A program made the position numbers and the translations under genes. The notes beneath the pieces were generated by a model. The model searched no databases. It was given only the letters and a program-made list of their open reading frames with translations, and was not told the origin of the DNA. Positions 13,174 through 26,599 of a stretch of 64,000 bases of DNA are shown here, piece after piece (position 1 is the stretch's first letter; each line of letters starts with the position of its first letter). The stretch comes from Geosiphon pyriformis uo1 (taxonomy: Eukaryota > Fungi > Glomeromycota): assembly GCA_016748015.1 (NCBI GenBank), contig JAAOMT010000678.1, forward strand, positions 101,015-165,014, given 5' to 3'.

Positions 13174-16100
13174 TATTTTTTCTTTAAGATTAAGTTCTGT
13201 TAAAGTCCAAATATTATTCATAATATTTAAATAATAATTTAATATTATTAAAGTAATTTGGTTTAAAAATTATTAAAATTTTAGTTTTGTAAGCTTGCCA
13301 ATATATTGAATTTTTATTGGTTAAAATATTAAATTTTGTAAAATGTTTTTACAAATATTAAATAAATTATGAAGTTTTAAAAACTGCTTTAAGTTTGTAT
13401 TACATATTTGTTGGTCTAATTATTATTTTGAATTTATGATGTATTTGTTTTTATATGGCTTTAAGAGTAAAATTGGTTGCTTTGAGTTCTAGTTTTTATT
13501 GATGCAGTATTTTTTTAATTTAAAAATATTGATAAATAAGAATATATTTACTGTTTTTGTTAAGATACAATTAAAGTTTTTGTTGTATTATAGCATTTGA
13601 AAAAATGTTCATAGAAATAAACAATAGATTTTTTTTAAAACTTGCTTTAAAAGTTCTGGTAATTAAATTTCAAAATAACTTTTTGTGTTTTTTTATAAAA
13701 GTAATAATTTTAAGAATTGTTTATTATTAGTGTTGTAATTTTTTTTAAATATAATTAATTTGATTTTTATCAATTATTATAGATAAATCAAAAAGTGTTT
13801 TTAAAACTAATATTAATTTTTGAGATATTTATTAAATGTTTTGAAGAATAGTTATTATAAATTATAAAAAAAATACTAAATTGTATTAAAAGAGAAAATA
13901 AAATTATTTTTGGTATAGGATTTTATATATTTTTGGTTTGAATATTTTTTAGCAATTATTTTTCTATTTTTGTTTGATATTTTTGTATTTATTTTTTAAA
14001 AAAAGTATTAATATAAATTAATTTAGATATTCAAAATTAATTGTTGTTTTATTAAAATTATTAACTCTAAGTTTCAAGAAATATTTTCAGAATTAATTAA
14101 AAAAGAATATGTACTAATTTGTGAAATTAATATTTTAAAATTAGTTTTAAAGTGATAATATTTTAATTAATCTCTATATATAACTCTCATTAAAATTTTG
14201 TTATTAAGTCTTAACTTATATAATTTATTGTCTAAAACTTTATAGATATAAAATATTTTATTTTATTTATGGTCAAATTTTTTATTCCATTGTTTTTTGG
14301 CTTTAGTTTTGTATAAGAAAACTTTATTTCCAATTTTGAATTTATTAGTAATAAGTAGCAGTTTGTTATTATGCTATTTTTTTTGTTAGGCTTAAAAATG
14401 TTTAATATAAATGACTATAATTTGTTATTTTTTTTTCAATATATTAAAAAAGTATAAGCTTTTATTGAAATGTTCTTTGAAAATTTTCTTCTGTAATTGG
14501 TTGCACTAAATATGTTTTTATAATAAAATTAATTAAGACTTTAGTTAATAATTTATATAATATTTAATTAAAACATTCTACTAATCTATTTGTTTGTAAA
14601 TAATAAAGTAATAAGAATAGTCTTTTGATTTTAAATTGGTCACAAATTTTTTGTATCAAGTTGTTTATAAAATGTTTTTTTTGATTAAATAAAAGCTTAA
14701 TTAAATATCTGTATTTATAGATAATGTTTTCATAAATAAAATTTGCTATTGACATAGTATCTGCTTTAGTTTTGAACTATTTAATAAGATAATCTACTAT
14801 AATTATAATATAATAATTTTCTTGGTTTGTAATAAATAGTGGTTCGACTAAATTAATATCAATTTTATTAAAAAGTTGTCTAACTTTGATTGAATTCAAA
14901 AGTTTAATAGAGTGAGTTTTTTTTTTTTTTGACAACTATTACAAAATTTTACATATTGCTAAATATTTTTTTATATATAAGACCAAAAATAATATTTAAG
15001 TGTTTTTTAGATTATATTATTTCTTTTTAAGTGTGTTAATAATAGATTTATATACATATTATATAGAATTGTTTTTTTTATTTTGCTAAACTAATTTGAG
15101 TAAATTGTTTTGGGTTTGGTAATTTCAATAATAAATTTTGTTATAATATAAAAAATATTGTTTTGATTAGTGTTATAATCAGTATTTTTTACTTAAAAAC
15201 TAATTTTTTAACATAATGAAAGTCTTTAAATAATTTTTGATATTGTTATAATTTTTAAAATCTATTGTTTGTTAATTAATTATTGTCATTTAGATTATAA
15301 TATGGTTAATATTGGTATTAATTTTGTCTTATTCTTAAGAAACTATTAATATTAGTATATAATTTTTTAGATTGTAATAAACAATATATTTGTAATTAGC
15401 TAAAAATCTAGTCTATTAAAATTGTTTTACATTAAGTTTTAAACTTTTTTTGTTTAGCTATTTGAAACCAATATTATTAGTAATAATATTAAATTTTTTT
15501 TCTTTTTGTAATTACTGTTGAAAGTATTTAAGACTATAGATAATAGCTGCTACTTTTAATTTAATAAAATTATATTTAAATTGTATGGCAGGCTGATTTT
15601 CGATTAGAAAAATAAGTATAGTTGTAATTTTTTTATTAGTTTAGGTTTTTCAAATTTAATTTTATATTTATTATTTTTATTAAACAAAAAAATATTAAGA
15701 GCATAATATTTGGGCATTATTTATTATTGTAAAACATGATATATTTTTTATATAATTGAATGTTTATTTGCTTTAATCTTTGAATTTAAGCTTTTTAGAT
15801 TAAATAAATATAATTAATAATTTAATAATACATTTTTACTTTATTTTTGTAATTGTATCTAATAATTTTAAAAGTGTATTTAATATATTCAGCTTTTTTT
15901 ATTTATCTAATATCTTTTTAGATGGCTTTATTAATTAAGATCATAATGAGATTATAGATTATTTTAATATTATGTAGATAATAATAAAGTTTATTAAGAG
16001 TATTATTATATATTACATATAATATCTAAAAGTAACAAATCTACCTAAACCAATTATTGAATTTATCTTCCTTAAAATTTTTGGAAAACATTATAAATAG

Positions 16101-17200
16101 AACAAAATACATATTGAAAAGTATTGATATAATTAAGATAATAATGCTAAAACCAAAATATTTTTTTAAATTTATGATTTTCATTAGTGTAATATTAAAT
16201 ATTAAAAGAACCAGATTTATTTTGGTATTAATAATTTTTGAAAATCTTGGTTATTCTTAAAGAAATATAAAATCTTGAACTATAAATATGATTTTAATGA
16301 TTACAAAGTTTTTTGTTTAGAAAAAAATTTGGTTGTAAAATCTTAAATAGAGTATTATTTAATGTTAATAAAACTGCTAACATACATTTTTGTTTTACCA
16401 AGCAGCAAAAATATATAAAACTGAGACTGTTAAAAATATAGCTCTTATTATTAAGATTGCTATTTTATAATAGAGGTTATAGTAATTTTTAGATTTGAAT
16501 ATTAAAAAATAAAAAATAACTTGTCAAAATTATTAATTTATATTCTAGATTTAAATTATTTTTATATTAATTAAAATAATATGTTTATCTAAAAAATTTA
16601 TAAAATAAGAAAAATTTTATTTTTACACAAAAAATTACAATAAAATAATGAATTTTAATAAAACTTTCAAGTTTTTTTTTAAAAAAATCTTTTCAACAAT
16701 AATTAAGCTTTAAATTTAATATCTAGAAATTTTATACAAAGCTTGTAATTAATTCATAATATATTTAGTTTATTATTTTATCTTAATATAAATATTAAAG
16801 ATGAATAAAATATGTGTTATTATAAAATAACAATAATATACAATACCAGACTTTATTTTTTTATTATTTATAGTAAAAAAACAGAATTTTATAACTTTTA
16901 TATAGCCCTTTAAAATCCAATCTTTATACAAATAATATAAAATCCAAACTTTAAACATGCAAATAGTTAAATATTCATTAGCTAAAAATTTTATAGCTTA
17001 AAGTTATTGAAAAAAATTTAAATAAAAGTATATTAAAATTTTCACAAATTGGCTTAATTATTTTTATAAAAGAATATTTAATAAAATGGTTTTTTAAAAC
17101 TTATCACAGCTTAACATATTAAATTTATTTTTAAAAAACTTTGGTTTATAAAAGTTATTATTATTGTTATAAATATTTAAATAAAATAAATATTATTTGT
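12574..17200 (-). mobile_element. Second copy of the same Gypsy family, inverted and heavily C>T/G>A mutated (3' LTR, extra ORF, integrase, RNase H, RT remnants)
   Basis: Collinear reverse homology to 1-3147. ORF 14564-14755 (..LLYYLQTNRLVECFN) matches the integrase. No 5' LTR was recognised and the right boundary is approximate. Confidence 0.85.
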
Positions 17201-18036
17201 TTACTAAGTCATATTTGTTTAAACTGATATAATTAATCTAATAAAATAAAAAAAGTGTAATGAATATTTTTTAATATTAATTAATTTAATTTTTGACGAA
17301 AATAAATCTGATAAATTAAAAAAGTAATATATATATATATTTTAATATAGTTAAAAATTCAAAAAAGTATAAATGACCAATTAAATGGTTTCATATTTGA
17401 GTTTTTTTAGTATTTATTTATTGCAATTTTATTTAATGTTAAAATTTAAATAAATACTTTAAAAACTTATCAATAAAAATTTTAACAATTATAAACATAA
17501 ATATAGTTATAATTCAGTTTAATAAATAATACTTAATACTTTTTTGGTAAAAAATATTAAAATATTAAAAAAAGTTACAAAATAAGAAATAATTTGGCAT
17601 CTACTTAATTAGCTTCTGTTTATTTACTATATAAATTTTTAAAATATTCAAGAATTTAAATGTATATTAAATTATCTAGTATAAATTTTATTTGGTTTTT
17701 CATAATAAAGTTTTACATTTATGGTTAACAAAAATTTTTATCAATAGTATTAAAATAAAGTATTTTGTTAATTAATTATTTAATATTTAAAATAATTAAG
17801 CATAGTTGTTTTATTTCAATGTACATTTTATTAAAATCTAAATCAGCTGCAACTATAACCTTTTTAAATTTCAAGTACATGTATAATGAAATCTAAGCCA
17901 CTTAAATCAGAATGATTTTCAATATCTATTTAAACGCTATCTGTATAACCATGCCATAACGGCGAAAATTTTTGCTCTTCTGGTTAAATACTATACACTC
18001 GATTTAAAAATTCCGCGACTATATCATCATAAAATA

Positions 18037-20399
18037 ATGTCTTCAGCCGCCAAGTTACCTTTGCTAAAAACACCAACGTTACCAGTATCAGTCGTCGAAT
18101 GGTTTGAAACCTCTATTCGTGACAAACAGATCAAATATTTTGAATACAAGAAATTTCATAACAAAAAACAGCTTGGTGATGAAGCTTTCAGCGCGTTAGA
18201 GAAGGTAAATTATACTATAGGTGGTATGGATATAATATTTGCATTGAAAAAACTTAAACGAGTCCCAGAAGATGATAAAACAGAAATAGAAGAATTCATA
18301 AAAGAGGTCTGAATGAAAATTTTTTTACATGATTAGTAAAGTGAGAATTGCTATATTTTTTATGCTAAAAAATTCCTAAAAACTTTTTAGCTGAAATTCC
18401 TGCAAGATATTGATTTTTTTCCCTACATTCAAAGATTTTATGGTCTTAGCAAAACTATAGAAGGTATTTATTCTCAAGGCTCTATGATAAAATTTATTTT
18501 ACAAATCCTAACCTTACTTTATGAAAATGCTTTAGATAATAATATAAAACATATTTTAGTTTTTGAATACGCTAATGGAGGTTCTTTGCGTGATTACCTA
18601 TCATTAGAGTTTCAAAATATGAATGGAAAAGAAAAGCTTCGGATGGCACAGGAATTAGCAAGGGGAATTCAATGTCTTCATGAAAACCAAATGATTCATC
18701 GAAATCTTGTAGGTTTTACACTTTGATATTTCAAAAGCTATTTAAAGATTAGACTCCACCACTAAATTGTTTATTTTTAGAATTCATCAAATATTTTAGT
18801 GCATAACAAAACGATAAAAATATCCGATATTGGTCTTCCGAAAAATCTAAGTGAAATGCTAGGCTTAGCCAATGAGGTTAAAGGCCAACCTGCTTACATA
18901 GACCCTCAATGTTTTAAAGATGAACAATTCCTTCGAAATAAGAAATCAGACATTTATGCTCTGGGCGTCCTCCTATGGGAATTAACAAGTGGTCGCTCAC
19001 CATTCAAAAATACTAAAAAGTGGACACTTATGTGTAAGGAAATTTTAATTTAGCACATTTCTTTAAAAGTTCTACTTATATGTAAAAACTTCCAATATTA
19101 TTAGTCCGAATTGCTAATGGTATACGAGAAACTCCTATCGAAAAGACACCAACTGAATATATTGCATTGTATAAAAGGTGTTGGAATGAATTACTCGATA
19201 AACGGCCTAGCATCAACGAAGTGAACGAAAAACTCGAGGGAATTCAATGGAATTCGGAACATGCTTTGAGTTCTCAAACGGGCTACGTTGAATTAACACC
19301 GCAGTTAACAAGTGAAACCACCTTAGTAAGCTCAATGGGTTTGGCTAATACAAGCATCATGGCTCTTTTACAAGACATTTTCATTATAATCAACGAAGGT
19401 TTAAACATCTATACATATGAAGACATCTCAAAAATAATTCCTCGGGTAGAAAAACACCTTACAAATACTGGGCAAAGTTCCACAGATCTTTTCGATTCTA
19501 TAAAAGTAACTCAAATCTCATCCAATTCAGTTTTTGTGCTTGGTTTTTTTTACCAATTTGGAATTGAGATTGATATCAACTTGGAGCAGGCGTTTTTAAA
19601 ATATCAGAAAAGCGCTTCTCAAAAAAACCCCTTGGGACAATTTTTCCTCGGAAAATGTTATATGGAGGGTACCGGCACTGAAAGAAATAATGAAAAAGCA
19701 GTTGAATGGTATACCAAATCAGCGGAAAATGGACATTCAAATGCACAATATAACCTTGGGGTTTGCTATGAAAATGGTAAAGGAGTAACCAAAGATCTTT
19801 CAAAGGAAGTTGAATGGTATACTAAAGCTGCAGAAAAAGGACACTCAAATGCGCAAAATAATCTTGGAGTTTGCTATAAAATTGGGGAAGGAGTGACCAA
19901 AGATCTTGCAAAAGCAGATAAAAAAGCAGCAGAAAAAGAACATTCAGTTGCACAGTTTAACCGTGCTTCTTGCTATAAAAATGGGAAAGGAGTAACCCAA
20001 GATCTTGCAAAAGCAGTTGAATGGTATACTAAAGCTGCGGAAAATGGACATTTAGATGCGGAAAATATTCTTGGAGTTTGCTATGAAAACGGGAAAGGAG
20101 TAACCAAAGACCTTGCAAAAGCAGCTGAATGGTATAAAAAAGCAGCGGAAAAAGAACATGTAGATGCACAGTTTAACCTTGCTTCTTGCTATGAAAATGG
20201 GAAAGATTTTGCAAGAGCAGTTAAATGGTATAAAAAAGCAGCGGAAAAAGAAAATGTAAAGGCACATTATAGCCTTGCTTCTTGTTATGAAAATGGGAAA
20301 GGAGTAACCAAAGATCTTTCAAAGGCAGATGAATGGCGTACAAAAGCATCGCAACTACGTACAAAAGTAACAAACGATTTGACGTTTAAACTTTTATAG
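18037..20399 (+). CDS. Tyrosine-kinase-like domain plus Sel1-like repeat protein (5 exons), predicted pseudokinase
   Basis: Exons ~18037-18306, 18391-18463, 18536-18708, 18781-19033 and 19105-20399 with GT-AG introns. Kinase motifs FALKKL, FEYANGGSL, AYIDPQ, KSDIYALGVLLWEL and YKRCW. About 7-8 Sel1 repeats (AQYNLGVCYENGKGV..KAVEWY.KAAE). Confidence 0.92.
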
Positions 20400-21060
20400 A
20401 CTCTTAATTTCTTAGTAATAAAACAGAACTAGAACTAGAACTATTAATCTTCACTATGGAATTATAATTTTGCGATATACTAGTTTGAGAATTGATCGAA
20501 AAATAATATTCTTTACTGAGATAATCTTTGCATCACAATCAGCTTTAAGATATTAAAAAAAGTCTCAATGGAGAACTTTTTTTAAGGGGAATAAGTTGTT
20601 TTTTGAAACTTGCTACAACTTGATTTATTGAATTTTTTTTAAACGACTTTGGTTTGCAAGAACTGTCATTGTTGTTATCAATTTTTAAAAGTATATATTT
20701 TGCATATTAAATTATATTTGCCTAGCGTAATATATTAATCTAAACGAGAAAAAAGAATATTTTCATTAATTTTAATGAATTTTATTTTTAGAATGCTGAA
20801 TTTGATAAACTGAAAATTAATAAAAAATAAATCCTTAAATATAGTTAAAATTTAAAAACGCTTTCTTAAACATGGATGGTTTTAAGAAAATATAAATAAA
20901 TTATTAAATTTCAGTTATCTTTTAAATTTATGACCAAACTCTTTCACTCAATGACAAACAGGTTTACTTTTTCTAAACGACTATCAACAATTATAGACAT
21001 AATATGGGTATTTAATTTAATCGGTAATAAATAAAAATGGTATAATAGCAAGCTAGAAAA

Positions 21061-21093
<33 letters not shown>

Positions 21094-22350
21094 TGTATAA
21101 AATATTATTAACCATTGTTCATATATGTTAAAGCAGTATTTTTTGATGAAATATATTACCATTAAAATTCTATTTTGATATTTCTTACGAGGAAAGGTAA
21201 TTCTCTTCCAAATGAATGAACATTTTTTAAAATAATATTGCTATTTCGATTGAAATTAAATGGGTTTGTGGGATATGCTCTATTATGGGAAAATCAGAAT
21301 GAAATTTAGGCATGTGAAATTCTGATAATCTATATAGTTATTTTAGAAATCTCAAAATTTAAAGGGCATAAAGAAACGTTTACACGATATAGCATGCACC
21401 GGTAATGAAATAATGACATTAAAAAAATAGGCCAAAACTCTGTAATCTATAGAATTAAATAAATATTCTTAACACAAAACCTAATTGGAAGTTTTTTGGT
21501 AACTCCAAGGAAATAAAGCATTGAGAATTTCTCATGTTTTTATCAAGCTTAAAGAAAGCTTGATAATATTTACATCAAATTGGTCGGAGTCAGTCAAAAT
21601 AAAAGCTAAAATTTGAGAGAAAAAGCATCCTTAAATGCCCTTCTAAATATTTGTAGGCAACGCATAATTTCTTAGTTGTTTATGAATTTAGGAAATTGCA
21701 GTCACTGTTTATTTAGACTAATTTATAAATTTTTAAACTAAAATTGTGAATTCATTAATTAAAATTTTATGTATTTTGTTAAAATGAATTATTGTATGTT
21801 TTAATTTTCAATATCTTAGTTAATTAAATTTTGATTTACAAAATTCTTATAATTTTGTTAAAAATAAGTAAAAATAATTTTTTTTTTAAAAATTTTAACA
21901 TTAAATTTATAGAATTTTAGATAATATTTTTTGATCATTTTGATATTTTTAAAGAATCAAAAATATTTTGTAATTACTGTCCACGTGAAAAAACTTAACA
22001 AACAACAGACAAAATTTACCACATACAAAGGTTTTTTAGTTTTTTATCCATCCCAAATACTGTAAAAGCTCATGTAATAAACTTCATTTTCACTATTTTC
22101 AAAGCAGAATCGAATTTGTGGCTTTTTAAATAATTCATAATAATACATTTTTAAAGAATCTGAATCATTGGTAAAAACTAGGTTGAACAAGTTACTAAAT
22201 CCAATGTCACAATCTTGGAAATTGATTATCGTGAGTAAAGGTGAAAGAATTAAACTTTAAATTTTATATCAATAATAACTTTTAGCTTCAGCCATTCTAA
22301 TAATATCTTCGTGGAATTGTAAATTTCACACACTGTATAGTAATTCCGTC

Positions 22351-23743
22351 TTAGAGATTCAGCCATAGAAAGCCCCCAGATGGACATTGCATCATCACCT
22401 CAAAATAAGGACCATTATGCGTACCATAATTACTGGTTGAGAATTGGTTGTTACATAGCTGTAAAAAAAATAAGGATGAAGATGAAAGTGAAGAGGATTC
22501 AAATAAATAATTCTTTAAATTTTAAGAAAGAACTTTTAAAAATATTCACCTGACTCTCTTCAATAAAATGATCTGGCACTGATGCTGGTCCTGCACAAAT
22601 AAATAACATTCCTGTAGAACATAAACAATCATCTGATTCAATCCAATATTCCATCATCGAGTGGGTGTAAAATGATTTAGAAACACTCGGTGGTAGCCTT
22701 GGAACATAATCATCCATATTAGTAATCCGGTGAATATACATCTTATCAGCATGTGAATTCACATAATGGGCAAATTGACGATTGCCAACTCGAGGTTGTC
22801 CGAAAGTATACACACTAATGTTTTGTTTAAGGTTGAGCGCTATTAATTCTAGCATTCCAAGTAAAACATATACTGAAATGCTCAAAGTAAAATGATTAAT
22901 TTTAAATTAAAAAAACCCCCACCCCTCAAATATATTTTTATTCGAAAAATTCTATAAGCTTCTTACCACTACCCGAACCATGTCCAACTCCGATGACATT
23001 TTTGATTGCTTCATTTTGAAGTTGATAATCATAAAATTCTTTAAATTTTGGTTTTATGATCCTAAAATGTTTCTGAAACTCATAGTCAATTTTTGCTCCA
23101 TCGATTTGAGGATAAGGAACCAATATATTTGGCCTATTTCTCCAGTATTCCTCATTTCCTAATGGTTCCCCTCTTATAGTGATAACTATCGCGTCACTAA
23201 GAGTATAAAATCCAGCTACAACAGAATCGGAACTATTCTGTCACGACAAAATTATTTTGAAAATCAAACCTCCTAGTTTTTAAATAAAATACCATAAATT
23301 CCTGGCCCAATAGCTTGCACTTCATCAAGACAATAAGAACTCGCAGCAAGCATTGCGTATTGATCGAGATAATCTTGTACAACAAAGTATTTTATATTTC
23401 TTTTGAGTAAAATATGTCTGTTAATCTCTTTTGTATTATTGAAATTCAAGAAATCGATTGATAATGAGATGTTTTTTGCGGCAAAAAAATTTTCTTTATT
23501 TTTTAAATTTGGCCCTGGTAAAATTTTCACTTGTTGAGCCATAAGATTCTCATGAGCATTATTTCCTGCTAGAACAAGGTTTGAATGAGCCGATGGTGTA
23601 AGATTGCCAGAATGTTGGGAGAACCTCCATGGTATTATTATTTCCCAGGAAAACTTTAATACAAAAAGAAAAGCGATAAAGTATAAATGAAATATACGAC
23701 TTCCTAACCGTCTTTTAGTATAAAGTGTTGATTTTTGATGCAT
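22351..23743 (-). CDS. Class-3 lipase (Lipase_3) homologue, multi-exon, nucleophile elbow GHGSG
   Basis: Motifs IVITIRG, VGHGSGSVY, YTFGQPRVGN, RITNMDDYVPRLP, EYWI and THNGPYF. Hydrophobic N-terminus. GT-AG introns keep the frame. Confidence 0.88.
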
Positions 23744-24199
23744 ATTAATAACTAAAACCTCTTAAATAATGATTTTGAAGTATCTCCGAATCTTTTAAGA
23801 CTTTAAAGCAATTTATCAATTATTTGATATCGTGGGAATTTTTCTTATTACAAATACTGTAATTTGTATCAACGACAAATAAATTATCCCTTTTTCCTCT
23901 GTGGTTGTTTGTTTGTTTGTTTATTTATCCAATTTTCCTTGATATAACTATATTTTCGAGACTTAAAATAAAATTGGTGAGATAAAATAAATAAATGATA
24001 TTAGAATTGAGAAACATGTCAAAGGCCTAAAGTGATATTATATTATTAATACTATATAAATTATTTTAGGGAATTGCTCCCCCATCATGTGATATAATTT
24101 TACGTCATAGTTTCGTATTCAACTATATATAGGAACAACATATTAACGAGTTTATAATCAAAGAGCTCTAGGAATAAACTTAAAAAGTTTTCTTTTGAT

Positions 24200-24980
24200 T
24201 TTACAAGTAATTACATCTTTTTATAAAATTACAGATTATATTTACCACCTCCAGAAACATCATATAGCTCTTGTGAGATGATGATAACACCTTTACATAC
24301 TCCCAAGGATATGTAGTTACAAAAAGACGCTCTGCTGCTAATGGTACTCATATTATAATCAAATGTAATCAGGGAAATGAATATAATGCTTCTAAAAGAC
24401 TTGTATTAGAAGATCGACAACGAAAAACAGCAACTCGATTAACAAACTGCCCTTTTACTGTATATGGACGATTACTCAAAGCTGATGAACGCTGGCATTT
24501 AACAGTTCGCAATGCTGAACATAATCATGAGCCATCTGATAATATTGCTGGACATCCTACTGCTCGACGACATAAATCCAAACAGAAAGTATTAGTTTCA
24601 CAAATGTTAAATACAGGCATTGCACCAAAGGCAATTTTGACAGCATTACGACAGGAAGATCTTGAGCAACATGCAATTTCAAAGACTATTTATAATGAAC
24701 AGGCACATCTTCGAAAAATAGACTCAATTAATTCAGATTTCAACTAAATCTCTTGCAATTGAGAATCCTTTTAATCAACGAACTCGAGGACGTCCTTTAA
24801 GTGCTTTAAATCGCTCTAAACAAAATATTGCTCATCAAGAATCATCTATTCAATGAAATTTATCCCAATTTGAAATTGTTGAAAATGTTTCTTCTCAAAT
24901 TCAAGTACGTAAATGTAAAATTTCTAAGAAACAAGGCCATAATATTCGGACTTGTCCACAACGAAGTGTTTTTTAATTAT
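24200..24980 (+). mobile_element. Internally deleted Mutator/MULE (FAR1-like) transposase remnant
   Basis: FAR1-type TATRLTNCPF..W....HNH, then PTARR..KTIYN joined directly to C-terminal RTRGRP and a KC..SKKQGHNIRTCP knuckle. The DDE core is absent; stops and frameshifts are present. Confidence 0.75.
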
Positions 24981-26599
24981 AAAACACTATAAATTACTTA
25001 AGGCATAATAAAAAATTGAATATATAATCTATATTCAATTTTATATAAGAAAAAGCTATTTTTTATTTTAATTAAACTAATATTTATTAGAATTACTAAT
25101 AAATAAATATTAAAATTATATATATATTAATATCACGTATTGCGGATGGGTCGTTGGTACTAGATTTTGAAAGCAAGCTTACCTAATATGAATCGTTCTA
25201 GATTTGTCTTTGAAAAATATTCTTTAAATGATTAAAAAAATCATATGTATATATTTCATACTTGAAAACTTTTTAATTTAAAATTTCAAAGAAGCTATAT
25301 ATTAGTCTTGTTTGGTAGCTTATTGAGCACATACAATTCATAAATTGATCAATATTTATATTCAAATTGTAAAAACAGGCACACAATTTAAATGTCTACA
25401 AAATTCATTAAGGTATTTTGAATGCTATTTAAATTTTAAAAAGATGTTCACACAACAAAAATTATATTAGTTATCGGTTACATTTACTTGAAATCTCAAG
25501 CCATTTAATAAATAATTTTTATCAAAAATTGTTAGCATAACGTAGAGTGTTAGTTTAAAATTAGTGGTAAAAAAATTTACTGTAAATTTAAATATTTTTG
25601 AACCCAATTTCCCTCAATGTTATAAACCCAATTGATTGTAATTTAGAGTAATTCCTAAATTAGATTTAGCCAGAAAATGAGACAACAAACAAACGAACAT
25701 TTAAAGTGCCTTCTAGTTTTTTTATAAATAATATTTTGATATATTCTAATATAAATTCTCTTGCCAAAATATATTAATTATTTGTTTCCCAAAATATAGA
25801 AAACTCCGATCTTTTTTTTTATTAAATCTCTTTAACTGCTAATGATTAAATACAAATCCAATACACGATTCTAATTAACAAGTACTGATTTTAATTCTTT
25901 CACGAATTATTTGAAAATTTTTTTTTCGAAATGCCCAGCTGAATTGATACCCCTTTTATGAGTTTTTTTTCTCCTCCCTAGCATTAAATAAATGGTCTTT
26001 ATAAAAAAAAGATTTGCTTTCTGATTTTTGTCACATTTGTGATTATTTTCTCGCAAATTATTTATTTGAAGGAAAAGTGCCAAATGAAATGGCCAGTCTT
26101 AAAATCAAAAACTTATCAATTAAATGAAAATGAGCTTGAATTCAATGATTTCGCATCTATACCTATATAATATCAAAGTACTTTCCCCCACAGCAAGTGA
26201 TTTTGACCATGGAAAATTGTACGATTAAGTCTGGCAGGACTCCCAACCAAACATTGATTCTAAATTTACAACAAATCCATTGAAAAGTTGACGAAAAGAT
26301 AAATATAAAAAAATTGTTGTTGTGACGTTTGCCGGGTTAGAGTTTAAGTTAAAAGATTACCTAATAAAAGGCCCCCTTATTGTAGACACAAGTAGGGTCT
26401 ATAATATTAATTGGATGATGTAATTGTCATGTGATTAAAAAAATGCGATACTAGAACATAAGAAATTTAACTACCCGATTGAAATTGCTGAAGTGAAAGC
26501 TAACTAAATTATTCAAATAAATTCTTTTAATTAAATTAATAACTTAGTTGTATATTATTACAATTTTACAATATTTAATTGAAATTATAGTATTACAAA

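Noticed and set aside
9515-17000. I/K/F/N/L-rich ORFs (9515, 10751, 11142, 16057, 16773; also 29820, 61743, 62137)
   Set aside because: These are chance frames in AT-eroded transposon DNA.
19576-20267. Antisense ORFs over Sel1 repeats (also 33554-34075)
   Set aside because: They are shadow frames of repetitive coding sequence.
26080-26480. Slightly GC-richer patch as a gene
   Set aside because: No sustained ORF or recognisable motif.
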